Positions 47,393 through 58,250 of a stretch of 64,000 bases of DNA are shown here, in pieces. The notes beneath the pieces were generated by a model, which searched no databases, had not been told where the DNA came from, and worked only from the letters and a program-made list of their open reading frames with translations. Numbering within the stretch: position 1 is the first letter of the stretch; every line of letters begins with the position of its first letter. Origin of the DNA: Ignavibacteriota bacterium (lineage in GTDB: Bacteria; Bacteroidota; Ignavibacteria; UBA10030; SZUA-254); contig JACREZ010000002.1 of the NCBI GenBank assembly GCA_016212665.1, positions 15,509-79,508 of the forward strand. The letters run 5' to 3'. A program made the position numbers and the translations under genes.

Positions 47393-50224
47393 TTGAGGAA
47401 CTTAATGTCCGATAAACTTATAAATCGAATTGTTGCACTGAGTGTCTTACTTATTACACTTGTTGTTTATTTCAAAACACTTTCTGTCACTGTCGTCTTT
47501 TGGGATGTAGGTGAATTTTGTGCTGCGGCGTTCTTGATGCAAGTCCCTCATCCTCCCGGTTCTCCGCTTTTCCTCATCATTGCCAAAGTCGCTTCGATGA
47601 TTCCGTTCTTACCGGATATCGCGGCTCGTATGCACGCTGTGTCCACAATTTCAAGCGCCCTTGGTGTCATGTTCTTATATCTTTTCAGTGTAAAAGTTAT
47701 AGCACGAATGACCGGTGGAATTACGACCACACTTGATAAAATTGCAATTTATGGTTCTTCAGCAATTGGCGCTTTGTCACTTGCGTTCAGTACAACCTAT
47801 TGGTTCAACGGCAGTGAAGCGGAAGTGTATGGACTGAGTATGCTATTTGTTTGTATCATTATGTGGCTGATTATGCGTTGGTGGGAACGTGCAGAGGAAC
47901 CACACAACGAAAAATATATTCTTCTTATTGCATACCTGATAGGACTATCAACCGGCGTTCATCTGCTTGCGGTGCTTGCGGTGTTTCCGGTAATGATGTT
48001 GATTTATTTTCGTCTGTATGAAATCAACAAACGAAGTTTAATAATCTTCAGTATCAGTACCGTTGCTACCTTTATTGCAATTTATCCCGGCGTCGTTCAA
48101 TATTTGCCTTCGATGTTGGATGGAGATTTTAAAGGATTCAAATTTGAATTGCTCCCCTTCTTGCCCGTAGCAATTATTATCGGTGCGGCATGGGGCGCGT
48201 ATAAAGCATATCAAACAAAACACCGATTGATTCACATAGCGTGTCTTTCTTTCTTGTTAGTTGTCATCGGATATACAACATACACCGGTGTGATTATTCG
48301 CTCGAACGCGAGACCACCGATGAATGAAAATGCGCCGGATAATCTCGCCGGCTTGGTAAGTTATCTGAGCCGGGAACAATACGGAGATACACCCTTATTG
48401 CGTGGTGATAGTTGGGACAACAATCTGCAAGATTACCGCGAAAAACTCTTCCCGCGTCGACATTCACGCGAAGCGATGCACGAAGAAACCCGGACGAAGT
48501 ACAAAGATGATTGGGATTTCTTCTGGAATTATCAAACCAACCATATGTTTATACGATATGTACTGTGGAATTTTGTCGGAGCAGAGGGCGATTGGCAAGA
48601 TGCCGGAGTAAGTTGGAAAAAAACATGGGGCATACCTCTACTTATCGGTTTGTTCGGCATATTCTTTCAGTATTGGAGGGATAAAAAAATGGCGTTGACG
48701 CTTCTTATTATGTTTATTATTATGGGATTTGTACTCGCATGGTATCAGAATCAACAAGAGCCACAACCACGTGAACGTGACTATTTTTATGTCGGAGCGT
48801 ACTATGTGTACGCTCTATGGATTGGTATTGGGATTTTTGGCTTGATTGATTTACTTCGGAAAGCATTGAAAGGTACTACGATTCAAATAGCCGCCGCTTC
48901 TCTGGTACTTGTTGTGACAGCAGGAGCAGTCCCGGCAAATCTTATCAGAATCAATTACCACGACCATGACAGAAGCAAAAACTTTATCGCGTGGGATTAT
49001 TCATATAACATTCTCCAAAGTTGTGAGCAAGATGCAATTCTCTTTACAAACGGAGATAACGACACGTTTCCACTCTGGTATTTGCATGATGTTGAAGGAG
49101 TGCGTCGGGACATCCGTATTGTCAATCTCAGTCTTGTCAACACTTCGTGGTACATTCTTCAGTTGAAGAATGAAATGCCGCACGGTGCTCAGAAAGTTCC
49201 TATTTCATTGTCTGACCAGGCAATTCAACAAATAGAACCGAGACCATGGAAACCGCGCAACGTGGATTTACCGGTTCCACGAGATATACTTCAAAAGTTT
49301 CTCACAAGCGATAAACCGGCTTTGCCAACATGGTCGTTAGATAGCACGGTGATGAATCAGGAAAGAATTACATTCACCGTCAATGGAATTCCGTTTAATA
49401 ATGAGATGCGATTTCTCCGCGTTCAGGATTTGATGGTGTGGGAAATTATCCGGGCAAATAACTGGCAACGACCTGTCTATTTTGCAGCAACATGCTCGCC
49501 CGATTCCAAGATGGGACTTGATGATTATCTGTGGATGCAAGGTCTTGCACTAAAATTGAAACCATTCAAAGTTCCGTCTGTTGAGAGTGGACTCGATGGC
49601 GCATACATGGAAAAGAATTTATTGACAGATAATGTTCAGCCGTCAAAGAATTTCCAAAGTGGCTTTCTCTGGCGCAATCTCAACCTCTCAGATATTTACT
49701 ACGATGAAAACACTCAGCGCATGGTGATGAACTATCGGGCAAGTTTCCTCCGCATGTATGAATATGCAATGCGTGTCGAGCGCAATCAAGAAAAAGCAAA
49801 GCAAGTTCTACAACGAATGGAAACGGTCATGCCGGTAAATATCATTCCGAATTTGGATTGGAGATACACAGCACATTTCATGAATCTCTTCCGCAATGTC
49901 GGCGATATGGAAAACTTCAGCAAGTATGCAGATGTCGCCGAGAAGAAATGCTGGGAACTTGTCAACGCCGGAAATGTCCTATCACAGGACTTCAATCCTT
50001 ATCAGGTATTACAGGATATTTACGAAGGCAGAAAAGATTACGCCAAAGCATTGGATGTAGCACAACGTTGGAAAGCACAATTTCAGGCGTACGCCTCTGA
50101 CCCGCGTTACGCGAACGATCGCGGATTCCAACAACAGATGATGTATCTTGACCAGATGATTACCATGTATCAGCAAAACCTGAAGGGTAATCAAGTTGCT
50201 GATTCAACTGTTCCGAAGCAATAG
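47393..50224 (+). CDS. DUF2723 membrane glycosyltransferase (TMEM260-like, GT-C fold)
   Basis: WDVGEF, VPHPPGSPLF, EAEVY, YLSREQYG, PRERDYFY, TNGDNDTFPLWY. Confidence 0.88.
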   Translation: MRNLMSDKLINRIVALSVLLITLVVYFKTLSVTVVFWDVGEFCAAAFLMQVPHPPGSPLFLIIAKVASMIPFLPDIAARMHAVSTISSALGVMFLYLFSVKVIARMTGGITTTLDKIAIYGSSAIGALSLAFSTTYWFNGSEAEVYGLSMLFVCIIMWLIMRWWERAEEPHNEKYILLIAYLIGLSTGVHLLAVLAVFPVMMLIYFRLYEINKRSLIIFSISTVATFIAIYPGVVQYLPSMLDGDFKGFKFELLPFLPVAIIIGAAWGAYKAYQTKHRLIHIACLSFLLVVIGYTTYTGVIIRSNARPPMNENAPDNLAGLVSYLSREQYGDTPLLRGDSWDNNLQDYREKLFPRRHSREAMHEETRTKYKDDWDFFWNYQTNHMFIRYVLWNFVGAEGDWQDAGVSWKKTWGIPLLIGLFGIFFQYWRDKKMALTLLIMFIIMGFVLAWYQNQQEPQPRERDYFYVGAYYVYALWIGIGIFGLIDLLRKALKGTTIQIAAASLVLVVTAGAVPANLIRINYHDHDRSKNFIAWDYSYNILQSCEQDAILFTNGDNDTFPLWYLHDVEGVRRDIRIVNLSLVNTSWYILQLKNEMPHGAQKVPISLSDQAIQQIEPRPWKPRNVDLPVPRDILQKFLTSDKPALPTWSLDSTVMNQERITFTVNGIPFNNEMRFLRVQDLMVWEIIRANNWQRPVYFAATCSPDSKMGLDDYLWMQGLALKLKPFKVPSVESGLDGAYMEKNLLTDNVQPSKNFQSGFLWRNLNLSDIYYDENTQRMVMNYRASFLRMYEYAMRVERNQEKAKQVLQRMETVMPVNIIPNLDWRYTAHFMNLFRNVGDMENFSKYADVAEKKCWELVNAGNVLSQDFNPYQVLQDIYEGRKDYAKALDVAQRWKAQFQAYASDPRYANDRGFQQQMMYLDQMITMYQQNLKGNQVADSTVPKQ

Positions 50225-50233
50225 TTCAATGTA

Positions 50234-50279
50234 TGTCTGAGGATTCTTCTTTTCATAAATTGAGAAGAGTCCTCAGACA
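50234..50279. repeat. 17-bp inverted repeat (REP-like hairpin)
   Basis: TGTCTGAGGATTCTTCT ... AGAAGAGTCCTCAGACA, 16/17 complementary, no T-tail. Confidence 0.75.
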
Positions 50280-50312
50280 ATTGTTTCACACGAACCACAA
50301 AATTTCCTCAAA

Positions 50313-51437
50313 ATGAAGATACTTATTTTCAATTGGCAGGATATTAAAAATCCGCTCGCAGGCGGAGCGGAGGTTCATCTTCATGAAATATTTTCTCGTG
50401 TTGTCAACCTTGGACATGAAGTTACCCTATATTGTTCAATGTTCGATGGCGCGTCGAAAGAGGAAACCATCAACGGAATAAAAGTTATTCGGGAGGGCGG
50501 ACGGTTCTTCTTCAACTTCTATGTTCCGCTGAGGTATCTTACACGATTCAGAAAAGAAAAGTTCGATATCGTTATTGACGATATGAACAAGATTCCATTT
50601 TATACTCCATGGTTCATCCGGGAACCACTTGCCGTCATCATTCATCATTTATTTTCCAAAACGATTTTTCTTGAGGCCCCCTTCCCTCTCGCATTGTATG
50701 TCTATCTGACCGAGTGGCTAGGCGTTGATTTACTCCGGAAGAAACGAATTCCCATTTTTGCAGTCTCGCCAAGCACTATCAATGAATTGACTTCTCACGG
50801 CATTTCCGATAAGCAACTTGAGACGGTTTACAACTGCGTTGACCATTCGCGCTATCAAAGAAATGACCCGGCGAAAAGTTCGAAACCGTTGATTGGATAT
50901 TTCGGGAGAATCAAAAAGTATAAATCAGTTGACCATCTTCTGAAAGCATTTGCAATCGTTCAGGGAAAATTTCCCGAAGCGGAATTGATTGTCGTCGGCG
51001 AAGGAGACAATCGCCCTGAACTTGAGAAACTTGCTCAAAGTTTGCACATTTCAAATAAAATCCAGTTTACCGGATTTGTGAGCGAAGAAGAAAAAGTCAG
51101 ATTGATGCAAGAAGTTTGGTTCGTTGTCAATCCATCATCGAAGGAAGGTTGGGGATTGACAGTTATCGAAGCAAATGCGTGTGGAACTCCCGTGATTGCA
51201 AGCAACGTTCCGGGATTGCGCGATGCCGTTCGGGAAGATGAAACCGGATTATTCTTCGAGTACGGCAACATCGAAATGCTTGCAGAGAAAATGCTTACGA
51301 TGTTGAACGACGCAGAACTCCGTCAGCGACTGAGCAACGAAGCATACAAATGGTCAATGAATTTTAATTGGGAAACCGTCGCACAAAAAACGGTTGAACT
51401 TCTTCAGCGAATTATTTCCAATCATAAGACTACTTAG
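50313..51437 (+). CDS. Glycosyltransferase family 4
   Basis: AGGAE, GRIKKYK, EGWGLTVIEANACGTPV. Confidence 0.92.
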   Translation: MKILIFNWQDIKNPLAGGAEVHLHEIFSRVVNLGHEVTLYCSMFDGASKEETINGIKVIREGGRFFFNFYVPLRYLTRFRKEKFDIVIDDMNKIPFYTPWFIREPLAVIIHHLFSKTIFLEAPFPLALYVYLTEWLGVDLLRKKRIPIFAVSPSTINELTSHGISDKQLETVYNCVDHSRYQRNDPAKSSKPLIGYFGRIKKYKSVDHLLKAFAIVQGKFPEAELIVVGEGDNRPELEKLAQSLHISNKIQFTGFVSEEEKVRLMQEVWFVVNPSSKEGWGLTVIEANACGTPVIASNVPGLRDAVREDETGLFFEYGNIEMLAEKMLTMLNDAELRQRLSNEAYKWSMNFNWETVAQKTVELLQRIISNHKTT

Positions 51438-52440
51438 GCATTCTCTGCCGAAAAATGTAAACATATTATTCGTTTCTGCCTTCCGCACTTCTTTTATTGA
51501 AGAAGACCTCCGTTTTCTCTCCAAACATTTTCAGGTTCAACCACGCATCGGTCATGGCATACTTCATCTCCTGAAAATTATCCTGAGTTTATTTCAAACC
51601 GATATTATCTTTTGCTGGTTCGCTTCTGTCTACTCTGCGGTTGGAGTGATTATTGGAAAATATCTGGGAGTGAAATCAGTTCTCATTCTTGGCGGTGTAG
51701 ATGTTGCAGCAGATGAAGAACTCGGTTACGGCATCTGGTTATCGAAATGGAAAAGTAAACTTGTTCGTCGTGCATTGCTATTGGCTGACCGCGTTCTTGT
51801 CGTGGATAATTCCTTGAAAGAAGAAGCAATGCAACGTGCCGGTTATGATGGAAACAATATCGTCTATCTTCCCACCGGTTATGATGCGTTGTTCTGGAAA
51901 CCGTTAATCGAAAAAAAGAAGATTGTTCTCACCGTTGCAAGTTGTTCGGATGAGATTCGCTTAAGAATAAAAGGAATTGATGTACTTATTCAGGCGGCGC
52001 AACGAATGCCGAATGCCGAATTTGTCGTAGTTGGAACTGAATCTGATTTAGCGTATCGTCTCCAACCGCCAATGAATATGACCTTTTATCCGTCAGTCAA
52101 AAAGGAACGCTTGTTACAATGGTATCAGGAAGCGAAAGTGTATTGCCAACCTTCGCGTCGTGAAGGATTGCCAAACGCTCTCTGCGAAGCGATGCTGTGC
52201 GGATGCATTCCGGTGGGAACACGGGTTGGAGGAAATGCCACGGCGATTGCTGACACAGGATTTCTTGTTCCCACTAATGATGTTGATGCACTTGTTTCTG
52301 GTTTAAACTACGCGTTGGAATCTGGAACCGAGTTGCCCGTCAAAGCCCGGTCACGAATCGTTGCACTTTTTCCGAAAGAGAAACGTGAAGCGGATTTGTT
52401 CTCCCTCATAGAAAAACTACTTCATGAAGCGGCTGACTAA
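51394..52440 (+). CDS. Glycosyltransferase family 4 (start uncertain)
   Basis: KGIDVL, EGLPNALCEAMLCG. Confidence 0.85.
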   Translation: MNFFSELFPIIRLLRHSLPKNVNILFVSAFRTSFIEEDLRFLSKHFQVQPRIGHGILHLLKIILSLFQTDIIFCWFASVYSAVGVIIGKYLGVKSVLILGGVDVAADEELGYGIWLSKWKSKLVRRALLLADRVLVVDNSLKEEAMQRAGYDGNNIVYLPTGYDALFWKPLIEKKKIVLTVASCSDEIRLRIKGIDVLIQAAQRMPNAEFVVVGTESDLAYRLQPPMNMTFYPSVKKERLLQWYQEAKVYCQPSRREGLPNALCEAMLCGCIPVGTRVGGNATAIADTGFLVPTNDVDALVSGLNYALESGTELPVKARSRIVALFPKEKREADLFSLIEKLLHEAAD

Positions 52441-53821
52441 AAACGTTATTGCTCTCGTCGGCAGTGACCTGACACGAAAGTTTTTCGGCTTTCTCACCAT
52501 CGCTTACCTGACGCGACATGTCAGCATCTCCGACTTCGGTGTAATAAATATCGGACTGACGATTCTCTCGTATGTTTTGATTTTCGGAGCGGCGGGAATT
52601 CCATCCTTCGCTACAAGAGAAATCGCCCGTTCAACCGACCCGCTCTTTATCGGTCGAGTGCTCACGACAAGATTCCTTCTTACCATCATTCTCATTCTTC
52701 TGGCTTCTGTTGTAATCCTCTTTGTTATTCAGGACAGATTCACAACAACAATCTTCATTCTCTTTACACTTGCATCCATTCCAAATGCCTTTTTCCTTGA
52801 CTGGTATTTTCAAGGAAAAGAATCTATGAGTTCGATTGGTGCGGCACGAGGAATTGCGGCGGTTGTAAATTTCTTACTGATATTTTTTATCGTTGAGTCT
52901 TCGGCTGATATTCTTTGGGTAGCAATTGCGGCAATTGCCGGAGATGTGTGTGCAACGTTCATGTATTTTGTTTTTGTAAGAATTCAGAAACTTTCATTTC
53001 GTTTCAACTTCAACATTTCAGATTCGATAAAATTGCTCAAGCAGGCATTTCCTCTCGGACTTGGTTCCATCCTTGCTCATTCAAGCGTGAACCTTTCTCC
53101 CCTTCTTCTCGGAATCCTCCTTTCAACACACAGTGTCGGCATCTTCAGCGCGGCAAGCAAACTTGTCATTTTGTTAATGATGTTCGACCGATTGCTTGCG
53201 ACCATCCTTCTCCCGGCAACTTGCAGAATATTTTCTCAACAGCCGGAACAATTCAAACAGCGTCTGGAGGAAACATTGAAATGGGTTTTACTGCTGGCAT
53301 TACCACTGTGCATCGGTGGCACATTGCTCTCAAGCGAACTGATTCGATTTGTTTTCGGTGAAGCATATGCGGCTTCATCACCAATTTTTTCCGTGCTTGT
53401 CTGGTTTTTGTTGATGACGATGTTACACACGGTCTATTCGTCAGCACTTGTTGCAATCGGAAAAGAAAAACTTTTTGCAAAAGTGATGGGATTAAGCGCG
53501 GTCGTTTATGTTCTCTTCATTCTCGTCGGTACCTATTTCTATCAGGAAACGGGCGCGGCAATAGCAATGGTATCTGCTGAACTTCTCACGGTCTTGCTTT
53601 CCCGTTATAGTTTGAGAAAAAGCATAGAAGTTGCATTTCCAACAAATCTCCCTCAAATTATTCTTGCATTGATTGCGATGACACTCTCGCTTCACTTTCT
53701 GCCTGAGATTCATTTCCTTCTCAGGATAGGTATCGGAGCGCTTGTTTATAGTTTGGTTGCTTTATTCGTGAAAGCAGTGACAATCACTGAAGCACAACTA
53801 ATGTTCAGGAGGGTTTGGTGA
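52424..53821 (+). CDS. Wzx-type oligosaccharide flippase
   Basis: Many TM helices; LTRHVSISDFG, DWYFQGKE, VGIFSAA. Confidence 0.88.
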   Translation: MKRLTKNVIALVGSDLTRKFFGFLTIAYLTRHVSISDFGVINIGLTILSYVLIFGAAGIPSFATREIARSTDPLFIGRVLTTRFLLTIILILLASVVILFVIQDRFTTTIFILFTLASIPNAFFLDWYFQGKESMSSIGAARGIAAVVNFLLIFFIVESSADILWVAIAAIAGDVCATFMYFVFVRIQKLSFRFNFNISDSIKLLKQAFPLGLGSILAHSSVNLSPLLLGILLSTHSVGIFSAASKLVILLMMFDRLLATILLPATCRIFSQQPEQFKQRLEETLKWVLLLALPLCIGGTLLSSELIRFVFGEAYAASSPIFSVLVWFLLMTMLHTVYSSALVAIGKEKLFAKVMGLSAVVYVLFILVGTYFYQETGAAIAMVSAELLTVLLSRYSLRKSIEVAFPTNLPQIILALIAMTLSLHFLPEIHFLLRIGIGALVYSLVALFVKAVTITEAQLMFRRVW

Positions 53822-55374
53822 AACTTCAGGTTGGATTGATGAATTGTTCGCCGGGTTGGTCGGGTTTGCTGAAACAAATTGGTTTACCGTTTAGGATTAT
53901 CTCAAGCAATTTTGAAAATGTGGAGTTCAGCGCGATTATTACTGGTGATGTACTTGATGAAGCAAGTATTGAACGAATTCAATCGTATGCAAAATCAGGA
54001 GGAAGTTTACTCCTTTCCTCGCGTTCGTTCAAACAACTTTCTGGTGTTGAAGCACAAACGAAGACAATCAGTTATCTTTTTCCCCGTCAAGATTCACTCT
54101 TCTCTGAAATTGGATTGTTGGATATTTTTTCTGAATGCATGATTCCTTCAAATGCAAACGACTTGCATTCTGTTGACGGAAAGCCGACCTGTTTCATCGG
54201 CAAATGGAATGGCGCGAATGTTTTTGTTCTCCCTTTTGATGCAGGATGTTTATTCACAGAGAACAGAACAACCGACAAATCGTTTTATTCACCTTACCCG
54301 AGACTTCCGTTTGAACGCGTTTCGCTTGTCTCAAAACATTCGTTGAGGAAATTCGTTACAACCTCGCTCGAATATCTCTTTCATCAGAGGAATCTACCGT
54401 TTGTACATCTCAGTCATTATCCCGGTATAAACCAATCGCTGTTTGCTTTTCGAATTGACACTGATTATGCTGGTGGCGACGAAATCAACAAACTCTATGC
54501 TCTCTCTCGAAAATATCAAGTTCCGTTCACATGGTTTGTAGATGTAAAAAGTCAGCAAGATATTCTTTCCTCTTTTGCTGAAATGGAAAATCAGGAAATC
54601 GGAATCCATTGCTTTGAACATCAGACGTATGAAGAGTATCAAGCAAATTACGATAATATTTTGAAGGCAAAACAACTTTTCGAATCAAACAATATTAATG
54701 CAAAAGGATTTGCCGCTCCGTTTGGGAAGTGGAATCAGGAACTGGGACAGGCGATTAGGGATTTGGGGTTTGAGTATTCATCTGAATTTTCGTACGATTA
54801 CGATAATTATCCCTCGTATCCGTTCTTTGGCAACGAGGAAAGTACGGTTTTACAAGTACCGATTCATCCCATCAGCATCGGGACATTGAAGCGTCTTGGT
54901 TATTCAGATGAAATAATGATAAAGTATTTTCAGTTTGTCATTGAACAAAAATACCGGGCGCGTGAACCGATTATTTTATATCATCATCCGAAAGACGGAC
55001 ATGAAAAAGTGTTGGAGTGTATTTTTGAACACATAAAACATTTAGATATTTCAACTGTTCGATTCATTGACTATGCAACTTGGTGGAAAAAACGAGTTGC
55101 ACAACAATTGAACATTGATTTGCATGAACATGTCTTGAGCATGTATTGTTCAGATGAAAATACTAATGACAGAATACGCATAACAAGAAAAAATGAAACC
55201 GAATCAATGTGTGAAGTTCAATCATTAATACCATTGGATGAATTGCGATGGCAGTTAACCCCGGAAGTGCATCCATTTCCGAATAATTATCTTCGAATCA
55301 GAAAATACAACCCGTGGATTTCATTTATTCACCTGCAAGATTATATTTTCAGTAAGTTAAGTAGTAAGTATTGA
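53815..55374 (+). CDS. Polysaccharide deacetylase domain protein
   Basis: FRIDTD, EIGIHCFEH, GFAAPFG, YSSEF. Confidence 0.75.
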   Translation: MVKLQVGLMNCSPGWSGLLKQIGLPFRIISSNFENVEFSAIITGDVLDEASIERIQSYAKSGGSLLLSSRSFKQLSGVEAQTKTISYLFPRQDSLFSEIGLLDIFSECMIPSNANDLHSVDGKPTCFIGKWNGANVFVLPFDAGCLFTENRTTDKSFYSPYPRLPFERVSLVSKHSLRKFVTTSLEYLFHQRNLPFVHLSHYPGINQSLFAFRIDTDYAGGDEINKLYALSRKYQVPFTWFVDVKSQQDILSSFAEMENQEIGIHCFEHQTYEEYQANYDNILKAKQLFESNNINAKGFAAPFGKWNQELGQAIRDLGFEYSSEFSYDYDNYPSYPFFGNEESTVLQVPIHPISIGTLKRLGYSDEIMIKYFQFVIEQKYRAREPIILYHHPKDGHEKVLECIFEHIKHLDISTVRFIDYATWWKKRVAQQLNIDLHEHVLSMYCSDENTNDRIRITRKNETESMCEVQSLIPLDELRWQLTPEVHPFPNNYLRIRKYNPWISFIHLQDYIFSKLSSKY

Positions 55375-55417
55375 GTATTCAGTCACCAGAAATCCGTAAC
55401 CAGTAACCAACAAACAA
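55358..55417 (+). repeat. Degenerate heptamer arrays at a gene junction
   Basis: TAAGTAG TAAGTAT TGAGTAT TCAG... then TCACCAG AAATCCG TAACCAG TAACCAA. Confidence 0.6.
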
Positions 55418-56446
55418 GTGAATATCGTCTTTGCCACATATCAATCCCTCATGCTCTTGAAAGGCGGACCGCGCACACAAATCTTCCAATCGAAACGTGC
55501 ATTGGAGAATCTCGGTCTGTATGTATCCTTGTTTGATTCATGGAAAGAGTTAAACAAAGCAAACATGGACGTAGTGCATCTGTTCGGGGCGAACATCGGC
55601 ACGTATCACCTTGCACGGGAATTACACAGAACAGGAATTCCATTTGTTGTCAGCCCGATATTTTATACACGAAAGAATTTTCAATTCGTTCGGAGTATTG
55701 TCGCCGTGGATTCATTGGTACGAACTTTTGCTAAAGGACTGTGGTCTGATTACGGATTGATAACAGATATTTGCAAATGGGCAAAACTTGTTCTTCCCAA
55801 TACAACCCATGAAGCAAAACTTGTAGAAGAAGGATTCGGAATCCCGAATGAGAAAATAATTGTAGTTCCGAACGGAGTTGAGGAACGATTTTATCACGCA
55901 ACACCTCAGTTATTTGTTCAAACGTATGGAGTGGAGAATTTCATTCTGAACGTCGGACATATCGGACCGGAGAGGAAGAATGTGTTTCGTTTGATTCAAG
56001 CGCTCGAAACAATCCCCCACCCTGCTGTCATCATCGGAAGAATTGAACTGACCCTAGATGGACAACGCTGTTTAGATGAAGCAAAAAAGAATCCCCGTCT
56101 GACTATCATCGAATATCTCCCGAATGATTCTGACTTGCTCGCATCTGCCTACTCAGCGTGCGATACATTTGTTCTTCCGGGATTGTTTGAAACGCCGGGC
56201 ATCGCCGCACTTGAGGCGGGCTTAGCTGGGGCAAAATTAGTCGTAACCAAACATGGCGGCACAACCGACTACTTCAGGAATGATGCAGTGTATATTGAAC
56301 CCTCATCGGTAGAAAGTATCAGGAACGGCATTTCATTATCCATGGAAAAAGCGAAGAACATACAACTGCGTGAACATATTAAAAAAGAGTTTGTATGGGA
56401 ACGTGTGGGAGAAAAACTTCAATCGGTTTATAGTTCTCTATTCTGA
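55418..56446 (+). CDS. Glycosyltransferase family 4
   Basis: GGPRTQ, VPNGV, RKNV, ETPGIAALEAG. Confidence 0.88.
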   Translation: MNIVFATYQSLMLLKGGPRTQIFQSKRALENLGLYVSLFDSWKELNKANMDVVHLFGANIGTYHLARELHRTGIPFVVSPIFYTRKNFQFVRSIVAVDSLVRTFAKGLWSDYGLITDICKWAKLVLPNTTHEAKLVEEGFGIPNEKIIVVPNGVEERFYHATPQLFVQTYGVENFILNVGHIGPERKNVFRLIQALETIPHPAVIIGRIELTLDGQRCLDEAKKNPRLTIIEYLPNDSDLLASAYSACDTFVLPGLFETPGIAALEAGLAGAKLVVTKHGGTTDYFRNDAVYIEPSSVESIRNGISLSMEKAKNIQLREHIKKEFVWERVGEKLQSVYSSLF

Positions 56447-56488
56447 AAACTCATACAAACGCATTCTCAGGGTTGCATCAATTCAATC

Positions 56489-57532
56489 TCACTCTCCTCT
56501 TTCCAATTCAAGCAACTTCTTCTTTCTCCAAAGTCCTCCGCCATAACCACCGAGTTCACCATCTTTATTCACAACCCGGTGACACGGAATTACAATCGCA
56601 ATCCGGTTCATTCCATTGGCAGTTCCAACAGCGCGGCACGCGCCCGGCGAACCGACTCGCTTGGCTATCGCTTCGTATGAAACAGTCTTGCCGTAAGGAA
56701 TTTTCAACAATTGATTCCACACGTTTTGTTGAAACGGAGTGCCGGGATAAATAAGTTTGACAGTAAATCGTTTCAACGTTCCATCGAAATATTGTTTGAG
56801 TTGGTGCTTCAAGAGTTTGATGTGCTCGTTTTCCCCCGGAACAATCGCACATTTGAAATATTTACGGAGGGAGGCGAACTGTGCATCCAACATTCTTCGC
56901 TCGGTAAATTCGAGCAAGCAAATACCTTCTGAGGTTGCGGCAACAACGAGAGGTCCCAACGGACTTTCAATCCATGATGTGACAATGCAATCTTCCGCTC
57001 TGCTCTTGCCCGGCGCTTTGCCAAACGTCTTGACAAATGCATCCCGGAAACCACTGTGAGAATTGTACCCATAACCAAGAGCAACATCATCCAAATCAAC
57101 GCCAAGACGAATTTGCTCAAGCGATTTTCCCAACCTGCGGCCACGACAGTACGCCTGAAATGTCATTCCATACATTTTGAGAAAAAAACGTCTTGCACGC
57201 GCCGGGTCAATACCGATCGAGCGAAGGTATGAATCTGTGTATCGTGCAGTAGGGTCTTTATCAATAATTGTGAGAAGCCGCTCTACCCATTCCGGTTGTT
57301 TTCCGTTACTCTCAAGTGGATGACAACGTTTGCATGGACGATAACCAGCAAAGATTGCTTCTCTCTGAGTTTGATAGAACTCCACATTGTGACGAAGCGG
57401 TTTCCGCGCTGTGCATGATGGCTTACAAAATATTCCCGTGGTTCGAACAGCAAGAAAAAATACTCCGTCGTACGAAGCATCTTTCTGCGTGTATGCTCGT
57501 TCCATTTCGATTGCAGTAGGTAAAGATGTCAT
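56489..57532 (-). CDS. ada: Ada: Zn-binding/AraC activator fused to O6-methylguanine-DNA methyltransferase
   Basis: TTGIFCKPSC...YRPCKRC, AraC HTH, GTPFQ..VW, IPCHRV. Confidence 0.93.
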   Translation of the reverse strand: MTSLPTAIEMERAYTQKDASYDGVFFLAVRTTGIFCKPSCTARKPLRHNVEFYQTQREAIFAGYRPCKRCHPLESNGKQPEWVERLLTIIDKDPTARYTDSYLRSIGIDPARARRFFLKMYGMTFQAYCRGRRLGKSLEQIRLGVDLDDVALGYGYNSHSGFRDAFVKTFGKAPGKSRAEDCIVTSWIESPLGPLVVAATSEGICLLEFTERRMLDAQFASLRKYFKCAIVPGENEHIKLLKHQLKQYFDGTLKRFTVKLIYPGTPFQQNVWNQLLKIPYGKTVSYEAIAKRVGSPGACRAVGTANGMNRIAIVIPCHRVVNKDGELGGYGGGLWRKKKLLELERGE

Positions 57533-57619
57533 GTATTTTCCTGTATTAGTTTAACGATGGATATAAGATACAGGAATGGAATGAATTAATCCACCGAAAA
57601 ATGGACAGGGAATTTTTTT

Positions 57620-57654
57620 GATTTACGATTGCTGATTTTCGATTTCAGAATTGG
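57620..57654 (-). repeat. Heptamer array
   Basis: GATTTAC GATTGCT GATTTTC GATTTCA GAATTGG on +; reverse complement gives AAATC/CAATC units as in mutS. Confidence 0.7.
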
Positions 57655-57670
57655 GGAGAAAATGCTACAC

Positions 57671-57991
57671 CTAATTCTGAGACCGCGTTCTCTTTTCCTC
57701 AATCCATTTGAGCCATCTATTAAACGAGGTTTGACTTTCCGAGGAAGCTCGACCAAATATCAGCCCCTCAGTACTAATATCTTCATCAAGGTCAAGCCAA
57801 TGAATGCCTTCCCCACTTCCAATCAATTGCCAATTATCTCGCTCTGATGCAGTTGCATAAACTAATCGTGGATACCATGAAAGTGGGACAGAAATGGTAC
57901 GTCCGTCCGAAAGGTCAACTGTTAATTCATCGTCTGTGACCAAAACATTGAGGGTTCTGACTTCTTGTATTTCAATTGCTAAAGTACTCAT
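57671..57991 (-). CDS. DUF2442 domain protein
   Basis: LSDGRTISVPLSWYPRL..AT...R...GIHW..LDEDIS. Confidence 0.92.
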   Translation of the reverse strand: MSTLAIEIQEVRTLNVLVTDDELTVDLSDGRTISVPLSWYPRLVYATASERDNWQLIGSGEGIHWLDLDEDISTEGLIFGRASSESQTSFNRWLKWIEEKRTRSQN

Positions 57992-58208
57992 TCCATGCTT
58001 TCAAAAAATGTTCTTTTTGTTCTTCTACTATTGTCCTAATTCGACTTATCTCCGTACGAGCAAAACCATTATTCCGCTGCAGGATGGTTGGTTCTATCCA
58101 GAATTTTGCAGTAAAGTTTTCTCGTTGTACATGCACGTGAGGTGGTTCATCTCTGTCACATGAATAGAAGTAGAACCTGTACGGACCTGTTATTAAAATT
58201 GTTGGCAA
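57972..58208 (-). CDS. DUF4160 domain protein
   Basis: MPTI...GPYRFYFYS...EPPHVHV...AKFW...W; overlaps the DUF2442 gene. Confidence 0.92.
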   Translation of the reverse strand: MPTILITGPYRFYFYSCDRDEPPHVHVQRENFTAKFWIEPTILQRNNGFARTEISRIRTIVEEQKEHFLKAWNEYFSN

Positions 58209-58250
58209 TTTTTTGACTCTAAGTTGTCAAAACTTAACACAAATCAATGA

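Noticed and set aside
57590..57612. Possible Ada box upstream of ada
   Set aside because: The position is plausible, but I cannot match it confidently to a known consensus without comparative data.
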